Shown piece after piece: positions 1 through 8,944 of a stretch of 64,000 bases of DNA (its first letter is position 1; the number at the start of each line of letters is the position of its first letter). The notes beneath the pieces were generated by a model. It worked only from the letters and a program-made list of their open reading frames with translations, was not told where the DNA came from and ran no database searches. The DNA is taken from contig OY970340.1 in NCBI GenBank assembly GCA_963717465.1, positions 2,176,001 through 2,240,000 of the forward strand. Direction: 5' to 3'. The position numbers and the translations under genes were made by a program. This stretch comes from Candidatus Bathyarchaeota archaeon. GTDB lineage: Archaea; Thermoproteota; Bathyarchaeia; Bathyarchaeales; Bathycorpusculaceae.

Positions 1-469
1 GTTATATTGGCGTTCCATGGAGATGAGTTTCTGCCAGAGCAAAAACTTGAACTCTTGCAGGGAACTGATAAACAAGAAGGCTTAATTTCTAAAGTGAAGA
101 GAGCAGGAATCAAAAACATCTTAATCGACAACGCAGTTTTAGACGTGCCAAGCGTCGCTTACGTCGTCGCTTCCATTAACGCGGTTAAGGAAACATTAGG
201 AATGCCGTGTGGCTGTGCACCAGCAAACGTCTTTGATACTTGGCCCAGAATTAAAGAGCTTGGAGAAAGTGCTTCAGACGTATGTTACGCTTCATTGCCA
301 GTATTCATTCAAATTCACGGTGCAGACTGGCTTCTATACGGCCCAATGAAGAATGCAGACATCGTGTTTCCAGCTGTTGCCATGTCAAACTGCGATAATA
401 ACTTATAGCGGCGTAATAAACGGCTTCGAAGCTAAAACCGAGAAAACCCCACTATACACGGTATTTTAA
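1..469 (+). CDS. mtrH: 3' part of MtrH-like pterin-binding methyltransferase (truncated by window edge; frameshift near 390)
   Basis: Motifs LIDxAVLD, GMPCGCAPAN and GADWLLYGP are typical of MtrH; a shifted frame continues AIITYSG...PLYTVF to TAA at 467-469. Confidence 0.75.
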
Positions 470-590
470 CCGAGGCAATTGCCTTGGTTCCCGCACTCTT
501 TATTTTTTAAAGCGCAAAGAAATTTTAAAATTTTTTTCGTAGATTAGTTGTATTCTGTGCGTTTTTTAAAAAATATAGAATCCAGATTTG

Positions 591-782
591 TTAGGTATTT
601 TGCGAATCATTAAAATCAGGAAAATCCTGAAAATCTGGAAAATTCTGCGAATGGCATCGAGAATCTGGAAAAACTGAAAAAGAAAAAATTTTCTTCACAG
701 AAAACGAACATATCTGACCCTTGTTCTTTTGCTTTTTTAGATTAAACGATTGTTGTTTTACTTCTATCTTAGTAACGTCCAC
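591..782 (-). CDS. Small peptide with C-terminal FxD repeats (start uncertain, may extend upstream)
   Basis: ORF downstream of and co-oriented with the U32 pair; ends FPDSRCHSQNFPDFQDFPDFNDSQNT. Confidence 0.35.
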   Translation of the reverse strand: MDVTKIEVKQQSFNLKKQKNKGQICSFSVKKIFSFSVFPDSRCHSQNFPDFQDFPDFNDSQNT

Positions 783-860
783 CGTTTGGTCATTTTCGTT
801 TTGATTTTCGCTGCCTATAATGTTCTTGGTCGTTAGCCAGCCTTTTTCAATTTGATTTTA

Positions 861-1754
861 CTAAGCGTTTTTGAATGATTGAATGAAATCGTCTATTTTC
901 TGTCTTTTGTCTATGCGTGTGACTGGGTTCATTGAAATCACAAATTCTTCTACAGTGCTTCTTTTCAATTTTTTTATATCTTCTCGAAGAGGTTGCGCAA
1001 ATCTAAATACGGCATTTCCGTACAGAAAAAGTTCAGGCATTGGTAGGAACTCGTTCAAGAAGAATCCTTCTGAGACCTCTTTTCTTGGCAGCTTTAGTAA
1101 AAACGCGTTTTCAAAGCATGACTTGGAGCATTCTTCAGGGCTTTTTTCTCCAACAAAACGTGCTGTGTGGCATCTTCTGGCTAGGGTAACGGGAACTAAA
1201 TGAACGTGTACGCAAAGTTTGAGACCTGAATTTACTAGAGAATCAAAGCTGGCAAATGAGATCCAATCTATATCCACATTTCTTATTCCGCAAGATTGAA
1301 AGAATTCTATGGTTAAAGCGTAGTTCAGGCTTGTTGAATAGAACACTTTATTGAATCGTCTGTTTTCAAGTAGTCCCGAATCTGTGATCATGTCTATCCA
1401 GGGGCTTCGAGCAGGCGTTCTTATCAATTGTCTTCCCAAAATCGGGTGCATTCTATCATAATTTCCAACGATGTTAAGTGCTCCAAGATCGTTCACTACT
1501 ACGTCTGAAATGCCCTTTTCGTTTAGAAAAGCTAAGTGTTTTCTAAGTTTTTCGACGCCGCTGTTTGAAAGTCTTGGAGTAACGTATGTGAACTTTTTTC
1601 CAGTTTCGCAAATAATCTCATATGCGCTCTGCAGCATTTCAAGGCTTGGCATCTTGTACTCGCAAAATTCTGAGCCGAAACGTACACTATTGCACTTGCT
1701 GTTTGCTGCTTCTTCTAGCAACCTAAAGTCATCGAGTTGAACAGTAAAATTCAC
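861..1754 (-). CDS. Peptidase U32 family Fe-S protein, UbiV-like
   Basis: FGSEFCE, VVVNDLGAL and RRCHTAR...C...C cysteine pattern of UbiV-like U32 proteins. Confidence 0.75.
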   Translation of the reverse strand: MNFTVQLDDFRLLEEAANSKCNSVRFGSEFCEYKMPSLEMLQSAYEIICETGKKFTYVTPRLSNSGVEKLRKHLAFLNEKGISDVVVNDLGALNIVGNYDRMHPILGRQLIRTPARSPWIDMITDSGLLENRRFNKVFYSTSLNYALTIEFFQSCGIRNVDIDWISFASFDSLVNSGLKLCVHVHLVPVTLARRCHTARFVGEKSPEECSKSCFENAFLLKLPRKEVSEGFFLNEFLPMPELFLYGNAVFRFAQPLREDIKKLKRSTVEEFVISMNPVTRIDKRQKIDDFIQSFKNA

Positions 1755-2801
1755 TTTTGCGCTACTCCTGTGCTCGGCTTTGCTGATATGGGTATTTTAT
1801 AAGGAGCATGGAAAAAGGGAAGATAATAACATCGCTTCTGTTTACACGAGTTAGGCGGCAGGCTTGCACTGTATTCCCTATTTTTTATTGACTCCAATTT
1901 CTTTTGGAACACATCTAATTGACCGTGCTCTATTAAATCTGTGAGTTCACGGTACATTCTAGTAGTCTCTTCCACATATGCCGTTGGCGCACCCCTGCCC
2001 ACAATCTTAAATCCAGAAACACCGCTTCGAACCAAATCTGGTAATTGGCAAAGGGAGCAGAATGAAAAGGCGTCTAGTATCGGTTTCACAGCCTATTTTC
2101 ATTTGCCTGTCATCGTATATTTTATACATGTCATATGGAAGTCGACATAGCGTAAAGGCAAAAGTTGACGGCCCGTGAATTTTGGAATCAACGTGCTCTG
2201 TGCAGCCGTAACAGTTTACGTTAATGTTGGAGCAACCTGGACCATGAACAAAAATTTCTATCGCAACGTCTTTGTTGCTTTGAACGATTTCTCGTATCTC
2301 ATCGATTGCTAAATGACGTTCAAGCACAATTCTCTTAAACTCAAGCTTCTTTAAGAATTTAACAGCTTCATAATTCATGGACGCCATGTAAGTGCTTGCG
2401 TAAACGGGCACGTCCAACCCCATTTTCTTTATCAATAAAGCAATCCCAATGTCACTAGCTATTATCGCGTCAACGCCCTTTTCAACGCAACAACAAATGT
2501 AATTCTTAATTTCTTTTTCTATTCCTGCAGAAATAAAGGGCAATTCAGTAGTAACAAATACTTTTATGCCGCGGCCATGAGCATAACTAACAATTTTTCC
2601 AAGTTCACTATAAGATGAGAGGCTGCATTGAGTAGGACGAGTACTTAATCCAACATACTCAACACCTTCTATTTTAACGCCACAATAAAGCTCGTCAGCC
2701 CCTGCAGAAATCGCCGCTACAGCTCCTTCAAGAGAAGTAACTGGCGAAAGAATCTTAACCACTCTCTGAATCGCCACCGAAATTAAAAGGTGAACAGCCA
2801 A
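1751..2801 (-). CDS. Peptidase U32 family Fe-S protein, UbiU-like (frameshift near 2090)
   Basis: KILSP..SLEG...AISAGADELYCG, YASTY, VLERHL, EIFVHGPGC; ORF 1751-2089 supplies the C-terminal FKIVGR motif. Confidence 0.8.
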
Positions 2802-2999
2802 AGATCACCAAATTCAACTCCCTAAATCTAACCCAAACAAAAGACCGCGAATCAATATATAACTATTTTATTTAAACAAAATTCACCAATAGGCAAATAA
2901 CAGAAGCAAAAATGTTGCATATGCATGAGACCTGCTTTTAAAAGCTAAATCTACGCTTTTTGTTTTTTAATTAGCTTGTTAATCTCATGCTTACAAATT

Positions 3000-3896
3000 T
3001 TACTTTTCAGATAATGTTAAGTTGACATTTGCATTTGGCGAATGTGAGTGAGATAAGATTACGAAATCAGCTAAGTTGCCAAGAAGATCTCTAGCCTTGC
3101 TTGGTTTAAGTTTTTCAAGTTTTTGTTTTGCTTCAAAAACAAGTGAAGCAGACATTTTTTCAAGATACTTAGCAGTGCTTGTTTTAGCTAAACTTGAATT
3201 TGAAACTTGCACCATTTTTACTAGCGAGCTTGTTTCCCAATCTAAAATGTCATCCTGAATTTGGTACGCAGTACCGACCAGTTTACCGTACTCCGACAAA
3301 GCTTCAATCTCTGCTTCGCTAGCACCGCCGATTAGCGCCCCAAGCTTTGCTGAGACCTCAAAAAGAGAAGCAGTCTTCTTCTCAACAATGCCAACAAACT
3401 TGTCTAAGCTTACGCTTTCCGAAGTATTCACAACTTCTAGCTCTTCAAGCTCTCCTTCGCACATCATGCGAGCTCCGAAGGCAAGCGTTCGTGTAACTCT
3501 TGCGTCAGAATATTTTGCGGCAATGTTAAGAATCATCGAAAGAATGAAATCTGCACTAAGGGCAGATAATCCCCAGCCGTACAGGGCGTGAAAGGCTGCG
3601 GAGCCTCGCCTTAGGATGTCTTTATCAATTATGTCATCATGAATTAGGGATTCTGTGTGAGCGAGTTCTACCGCGACTGCTGCTGGCAGTGGACTCAGCC
3701 CTTTTCCGCCCACACTTTCGTGAGAAAGAACGAGTAATATTGGTCTTATCCGTCCGCCTCCTCGGGTAGCGTATGTCAGAGGCGTGAAGAACACTGAATC
3801 TCTGTAATTGTTGAGTTCGTCGGATAGAGCCTTTTCAATTTCGCTAACGTAGCCTTTTGTTTCAGTGCGAAATGAAGAAACATCTAATTTAGCCAT
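3000..3896 (-). CDS. Trans-isoprenyl diphosphate synthase (polyprenyl synthetase)
   Basis: GGRIRP, first Asp-rich motif LIHDDIID..RRG, KTASLF, second motif YQIQDDILD. Confidence 0.9.
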   Translation of the reverse strand: MAKLDVSSFRTETKGYVSEIEKALSDELNNYRDSVFFTPLTYATRGGGRIRPILLVLSHESVGGKGLSPLPAAVAVELAHTESLIHDDIIDKDILRRGSAAFHALYGWGLSALSADFILSMILNIAAKYSDARVTRTLAFGARMMCEGELEELEVVNTSESVSLDKFVGIVEKKTASLFEVSAKLGALIGGASEAEIEALSEYGKLVGTAYQIQDDILDWETSSLVKMVQVSNSSLAKTSTAKYLEKMSASLVFEAKQKLEKLKPSKARDLLGNLADFVILSHSHSPNANVNLTLSEK

Positions 3897-4117
3897 TTAT
3901 TTCACAAGAAATAATTGAACCGGACGTTTTTAAAGATTATTTCAAGGAAATATTAAACTCCAAATATAACTTTCAGTTATCAACAATCGTTATAATGCCT
4001 TATTACATGACTTTACGATCAGTAGAACGTCCATCAGAACCATGTGACATGCCAAGAATTGATTTAAGCATTATAAGTTTTAAATACATGAAATAACCAT
4101 GTTCTGTTGATTCAACC

Positions 4118-4528
4118 ATGGACTACAATTACAATGACCTCTTAAAGAAAGCTGTATCACAGTTACCAGAGGTTTCCCTAAAACGCGAACGTCTCGAATT
4201 ACCTAGGCTATTCATAACCACAGTCGGCATGCGAACCATAATCTCTAATTTCAAAGAAGTCGCTGACGCATTAGACAGAGATCCGCAACACATATTGAAA
4301 TTCCTAACGCGCGAAATGGCTACAGCCGCCACATTTCATGACTCAAGAGCCATTTTCCAAGGAAAATTCCAACGCGAAAGCTTTGAACGCTTGCTGCAAA
4401 GATACATGGAAAGCTTTGTAATTTGCCCTGTATGCAAGCGTCCAGATACAAAAATTGTTAAAGAGAAACGTTTAGCCTTTCTCGTTTGTAACGCTTGCGG
4501 AGCGAGATCATCAATTAAGCAAATATAA
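4118..4528 (+). CDS. eif2b: Translation initiation factor aIF-2 beta subunit
   Basis: RTIISNF, RDPQHILKF and C-terminal Zn ribbon CPVCKRPDT...CNACGA. Confidence 0.93.
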   Translation: MDYNYNDLLKKAVSQLPEVSLKRERLELPRLFITTVGMRTIISNFKEVADALDRDPQHILKFLTREMATAATFHDSRAIFQGKFQRESFERLLQRYMESFVICPVCKRPDTKIVKEKRLAFLVCNACGARSSIKQI

Positions 4529-4542
4529 AGAGAGCGTAAAAA

Positions 4543-4839
4543 TTGGAAGTCTACGTAAATCTCAAGCAAATAGGAAGAAACGTGCTATTGGCAATTTGCG
4601 ATTGTGAATTACTTGGAAAAACGCTTAGGGATGGCAAAATCGTATTTAAAGTAAAAAATGAGTTTTACAACGGAAGAAAAGCCAGTGTTGAAGAAGCAGT
4701 TGGCTTAATCAATAACTCCACTATCATAAACCTTGTGGGCAAGAATTGTGTTGAGAAAGCAATCGCTCAAGGTTATGTTCATCCCGAAGCCGTCATAAAA
4801 ATTGACGGCGTCCCTCACGCTCAAATCATTAAGATTTAA
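4543..4839 (+). CDS. DUF424 family protein
   Basis: LLAICDxELLGK, FYxG, INLVG..CV, IDGVPHAQ; usual neighbour of aIF-2beta. Confidence 0.85.
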   Translation: MEVYVNLKQIGRNVLLAICDCELLGKTLRDGKIVFKVKNEFYNGRKASVEEAVGLINNSTIINLVGKNCVEKAIAQGYVHPEAVIKIDGVPHAQIIKI

Positions 4840-4962
4840 ACGCGATTCTTTACAGAAGTAAATTGCTTATTGCAACCGCTTAATATTCAACTGAATTATC
4901 GCATTGAGTAAAAGCTTAATAGCCAAAATTTATTTAATTATAATCTAGAAGGAAATAAGTCC

Positions 4963-5943
4963 TTGTCTATTTCTAGATTCCTAAAAGATACCGCAGCAAA
5001 AAGCATCTCTAAAGTTTTACCACTACTAGCATGGGACAAAAGATGCTTTGAAATATTCCAAAAAGCAGGATTTCACGTTCAACCAAATCTCTGTCACTAT
5101 CCTTCACCCGATACAAGAACGTTAGATGACAAGTTATGGGAAAAAGAATCAGAACTTGTCGGCTTAAACATGAATTCAAGCGGGCAACTAAACTTATTAA
5201 ATGAAGGCTTCTCTCACTTCAAAAAAGAATTCAATTTTCCAGTTGAAAAAAGCACCACAATGCATGAATATGATTTTCACTTAAGCAACTTAACTTTTGG
5301 TTCAGGCGGTGATGCTGAAGTGCTGCATTCAATGATACGCTTCTTTAAGCCTAAACGCATAATTGAAATTGGCTCAGGCTTCTCAACGTATATTTCGGCT
5401 AGGGCTTGCCTATTGAACGAGGAGAAAGATGGTGTTAATACTAAGCTTATTGCTATTGAGCCTTATGCAAATGATACCTTAAAGAAAGGCTTTCCTGGAT
5501 TGACCAAATTACTTCAAAAACCTCTTGAACAAGTTGATCTGGAACTATTCCAAAGCCTTGAAGAAAATGATATTCTGTTTATCGATTCAACGCATGTATT
5601 AAAAATAGGCGGTGACGTAAAGTATGAGTATCTGGATATTCTGCCCAGACTAAAAGAAGGCGTTATCGTTCATAGCCATGATATTTTCTTCCCATGGGAA
5701 TATCCTAAAAGCTGGATCAGGGATGAACATTGGTTTTGGACTGAACAATACCTTTTACAAGCGTTTTTAACGTTTAATTCAGAGTTTGAAATTTTATGGG
5801 CAAGTTACTACATGGCAAAAAAGTATCCAGACATGGTGCAAGCTGTATTTCCATCATTTCAAAAGCTATCATCCAACGAGTATAATAAAGCTCGAGGAGC
5901 TAGCCTTTGGATAAGAAGGAAGATAACTGCAAGCGTACACTGA
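4963..5943 (+). CDS. Class I SAM-dependent methyltransferase (Methyltransf_24-like)
   Basis: IIEIGSGFST, LFIDSTH, HSHDIF.P.EYP, WTEQYLLQAFL. Confidence 0.85.
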   Translation: MSISRFLKDTAAKSISKVLPLLAWDKRCFEIFQKAGFHVQPNLCHYPSPDTRTLDDKLWEKESELVGLNMNSSGQLNLLNEGFSHFKKEFNFPVEKSTTMHEYDFHLSNLTFGSGGDAEVLHSMIRFFKPKRIIEIGSGFSTYISARACLLNEEKDGVNTKLIAIEPYANDTLKKGFPGLTKLLQKPLEQVDLELFQSLEENDILFIDSTHVLKIGGDVKYEYLDILPRLKEGVIVHSHDIFFPWEYPKSWIRDEHWFWTEQYLLQAFLTFNSEFEILWASYYMAKKYPDMVQAVFPSFQKLSSNEYNKARGASLWIRRKITASVH

Positions 5944-6001
5944 AATTACAAGACGGAACCCTTGCTTTTTATTTGCGATAATCTTTCGCTCATAGTATTT
6001 A

Positions 6002-6074
6002 CCGGCTTAGATTCAGCCTAAGGTTTGTCGGAGAACTTGGAAAGACGGCAAACCTTAGGTGTGAGTCTGGTTGG
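6002..6074. ncRNA. Long intergenic hairpin, candidate small RNA
   Basis: CCTAAGGTTTGTCG pairs with CGGCAAACCTTAGG and extends via AGATTCA/TGAGTCT; abuts the operator-like palindrome at 6068-6086. Confidence 0.4.
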
Positions 6075-6086
6075 ATTATCCAACCA
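6068..6086. promoter_or_regulatory. Palindromic operator-like site, copy 1 (TGGTTGGATTATCCAACCA)
   Basis: Perfect 9-1-9 inverted repeat; same motif at 12373 and 18718; minus-strand BRE/TATA (GTAAAG-TTTATAT) at ~6105-6117. Confidence 0.7.
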
Positions 6087-6188
6087 TTATTTGATAATTA
6101 ATCCATATAAACTTTACTAGGCAATAAAAATTAGTGACTTTCGCCTGCTGAAAAGCAAACGAGCAGTAAAATAAAAAAAAATCAAGTG

Positions 6189-6782
6189 TTAACTTTGGTT
6201 TCTTCTATTCCTGCTTAGCCATTCTTTAAAACTGCCTGTATACATTCCCCAAGCTTTGAGTTTTGGTGAGATAGCTCTAATCAAAGCTGGAGAGATTATG
6301 CATACTATTGGCAAGTTGATTAGAAATGTGCTTATGAAAGCTAATTCAGCCCATTCTGAAGTTGGAAATAATACTGGCAAAATTGTATATTGCCAAACGA
6401 TATAGGCTAATCCAACAAAGAGCGTCAAAGCATATACGCCTGCGAGGTAAGCGAGATTTCGTTTTTTTCCTTTCTCACCTGCATTTCGTGGCATGAGAAC
6501 CCAATTCATCATGTAGATTAGAAAAGCTACGACTGCTTCAAAGATGCCGAGTGGACCTAGACCTTCCGCGAAGGCTCCGCCTATAAACGCTCCAATCATG
6601 CTGCCTATTAGCCCGTTCCACCCGAACCATAGAGGGAAAACTCCTAGTAGAACTATTGGGAGATAGAGCAATGCGAATTTAGAAATATTAATTGCTGATG
6701 ACACAAAAAACAAGGCAGCGTAGATTGCTGCAGACATTGCCATTATGGACACTGATTTAGCTGAAATTGTTTTTCTATTCAT
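6189..6782 (-). CDS. QueT-like / ECF S-component membrane protein
   Basis: N-terminal AMSAAIYAAL, FGWNGLIGSMIGAFIG, 5-6 hydrophobic segments; 16 bp downstream of cobT. Confidence 0.6.
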   Translation of the reverse strand: MNRKTISAKSVSIMAMSAAIYAALFFVSSAINISKFALLYLPIVLLGVFPLWFGWNGLIGSMIGAFIGGAFAEGLGPLGIFEAVVAFLIYMMNWVLMPRNAGEKGKKRNLAYLAGVYALTLFVGLAYIVWQYTILPVLFPTSEWAELAFISTFLINLPIVCIISPALIRAISPKLKAWGMYTGSFKEWLSRNRRNQS

Positions 6783-6798
6783 TTTCCCTTTCCTCCAT

Positions 6799-7899
6799 TC
6801 AATTTTGCTGTTTTGAATTTACTAGGTGAGCGTAATTTGTTTCAATCTCCGACAGCAACATGTCTGATGTAATTTTGCCTTTTGACTTTGCCATAGCAGC
6901 TATGCTTGTCCCTCCAACGCCAACTCCTTCTTTTACAACGCCAGCTTCGTACGCTTGTAAACCCTTGAATTTTGATTTACTAAAATTCAAGTTTGCTACG
7001 AGAATTGGGGCGTCAGCGATTTGAGTAACTATTCCTTTAAGATCAGATGACTTGTCTTCAATAATCCATCTTGTAGTTCCAATTGCTACGTTCTTCAAAA
7101 CCTCATTGTCTAAAGCTTTGATAATGGATAAAACTGCAGCCATTTGGGTTCCTCCAGCCATTAAAACAGGAACATTCTCTGCCGCACCTAAAACCAACCC
7201 TGCGAATGCGGGCATCATTGGGTCGCCTAAACACGAAACTGCCTTAAGAGGTTCCTTTTTAAAAGCGCCTGGTCCGATGTTAAGTGTTTTGAGGCCTTGT
7301 TCAACTGCTTTGGTTTTGAGGTCATGAGGGTTCCCAGGCATGCTGCTGCTGACTTTTCCTTTTGCGTCTATGCCCATTGCAAGCAGAACGCCGAGTGCAG
7401 TTGTGGTTCCTCCGGGAATGCTTTCTCCTATGACGAGGTAATCTGCGGTTTGTGATAGCATTTTTCCAGCGAGTTGAGCTCTTTGCAGGACTTTTTCTGC
7501 GTTTTCTACGGCTTTTCCAGTTCGTATGTCTCCACCGTGTTTTCCGCCTAAATCAACGAATGGAACTTGAGGCAACACACGTAACCCTGCATTAACTGGC
7601 AATGCTGGTATGTCTGCCAGCTTCAGCGCTGACATGGTAACTAATGCGGGAGTAGGAATGCCGTCAGGTGTAACAGGTACGCCGTTGATGCATTTGCATC
7701 GACCAAGAAGTAATAGTTCTACATCTGCAGGTGGCGTATAATCGGTTATTTCCGGGCATGCTCCTGCGGCTGATATGCCAGGGATTTTAGCTGTCTCCGT
7801 TGTACCAATCGTGCATAAAAAAAGCGGTTTTTTTCCAGTTATTTTTTTAAGGAAACTTTTGCTTTTAACTTCGTTGTTAACTATAGTTATATCTTGCAT
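6799..7899 (-). CDS. cobT: Archaeal nicotinate-nucleotide:dimethylbenzimidazole phosphoribosyltransferase
   Basis: IPGISAAG, PTPAL, GESIPGGTTTA, LAGGTQM-like motif, VKEGVG. Confidence 0.9.
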   Translation of the reverse strand: MQDITIVNNEVKSKSFLKKITGKKPLFLCTIGTTETAKIPGISAAGACPEITDYTPPADVELLLLGRCKCINGVPVTPDGIPTPALVTMSALKLADIPALPVNAGLRVLPQVPFVDLGGKHGGDIRTGKAVENAEKVLQRAQLAGKMLSQTADYLVIGESIPGGTTTALGVLLAMGIDAKGKVSSSMPGNPHDLKTKAVEQGLKTLNIGPGAFKKEPLKAVSCLGDPMMPAFAGLVLGAAENVPVLMAGGTQMAAVLSIIKALDNEVLKNVAIGTTRWIIEDKSSDLKGIVTQIADAPILVANLNFSKSKFKGLQAYEAGVVKEGVGVGGTSIAAMAKSKGKITSDMLLSEIETNYAHLVNSKQQN

Positions 7900-7990
7900 T
7901 TTCTCAATCTCGGAGACTTTTTGCTTTCAAAGCAAGAATGGTAAATAATATAAGCCTTTTCTGCCGCATTACAAATGTAGTGTGTAAACT

Positions 7991-8920
7991 TTGAAGGTCA
8001 CTAATATCAGATTTTCCGAAAAGTTGCTATCCGACGCTGACAAATTGGCGAAAAAGCATGGGCTCAACCGCTCTGAAATCATACGCCAAGCGCTAACTGT
8101 CTACTTGCACCTAGTCGAAAACATGGGAACAATGCTTAGACCCGTGGCCTTTCAAGTTAAGCCTTCACAGATTAATTATATGCGCAAAGGAGACGTCTCA
8201 ATTTTAAGAATTCCCACGGGGCACGCAATCGTCGTTGGGTCAACTTCTTCCGGAGCTGTAGGGCCCAAATCAATGGATAAGATAAAAGTTGACGGAAGAG
8301 TACTTGGTAAGTTTCTCGCCAGGGTTGGCTTAATGGACGTCGCTGCAACGGGTGCCTTTCCAATTATGCTTTCTGCGACCTTAGGTGTAGAGAAAGAGCC
8401 TACTGGACGCGAAATTCTGGAGGGCATGCGACGTGAGGCTGCTGTACTTGGGCTTGAACCAAACCAAGTCTTAATGGAAAACACTGAGGAGAATTTTGAA
8501 ACAGTGCAAACAGGAGTTGGCTTAACCGTGGTTGGCTTTGCAAATGAAGAAGAGCTTCGAGTGGGGAAAAGTATGCCTGGAGACTTATTGGTTGCTATTG
8601 GCAAGCCTAAGGTGGGCAACGAAGTCATTTCTTCTGAAGCTAAAGGTGAAATAGCTGACTTAAAAAGCGTAATTTGGCTTAGCCAAAAAAAATATATTCA
8701 TGACATTGTGTCTGTTGGCGCTTTTGGAATCGCTTATGAAGCTAGAATGATGGCTCAAGCAGTTGGACGACAGTTGAAACTATCGGAGAACATGGTGGTG
8801 GATATAGAGAAATCCGCTGGACCTGCAACAGTGGTTCTCGTCACCGTAAACTCGGAAAAGTTTGAGGAGTTAGCTTCAGTTATCAAAAAACCTGTGGCTA
8901 TAATTGGAGAAATATTATAA
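7991..8920 (+). CDS. Ribbon-helix-helix domain fused to alpha-ribazole kinase (CblS)/PurM-like domain
   Basis: Residues 1-45 are CopG-like (TNIRFSEKLL..ADKLAKKHGLNRSEIIRQAL); the rest has SGAVGPK..D, EPTG, TEENF.TVQTGVGLTVVG, GKPKVG.EV and KSAGPAT, typical of CblS-like proteins. Confidence 0.75.
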   Translation: MKVTNIRFSEKLLSDADKLAKKHGLNRSEIIRQALTVYLHLVENMGTMLRPVAFQVKPSQINYMRKGDVSILRIPTGHAIVVGSTSSGAVGPKSMDKIKVDGRVLGKFLARVGLMDVAATGAFPIMLSATLGVEKEPTGREILEGMRREAAVLGLEPNQVLMENTEENFETVQTGVGLTVVGFANEEELRVGKSMPGDLLVAIGKPKVGNEVISSEAKGEIADLKSVIWLSQKKYIHDIVSVGAFGIAYEARMMAQAVGRQLKLSENMVVDIEKSAGPATVVLVTVNSEKFEELASVIKKPVAIIGEIL

Positions 8921-8944
8921 TTAAAAGTGCATATCTCAGAGAAA

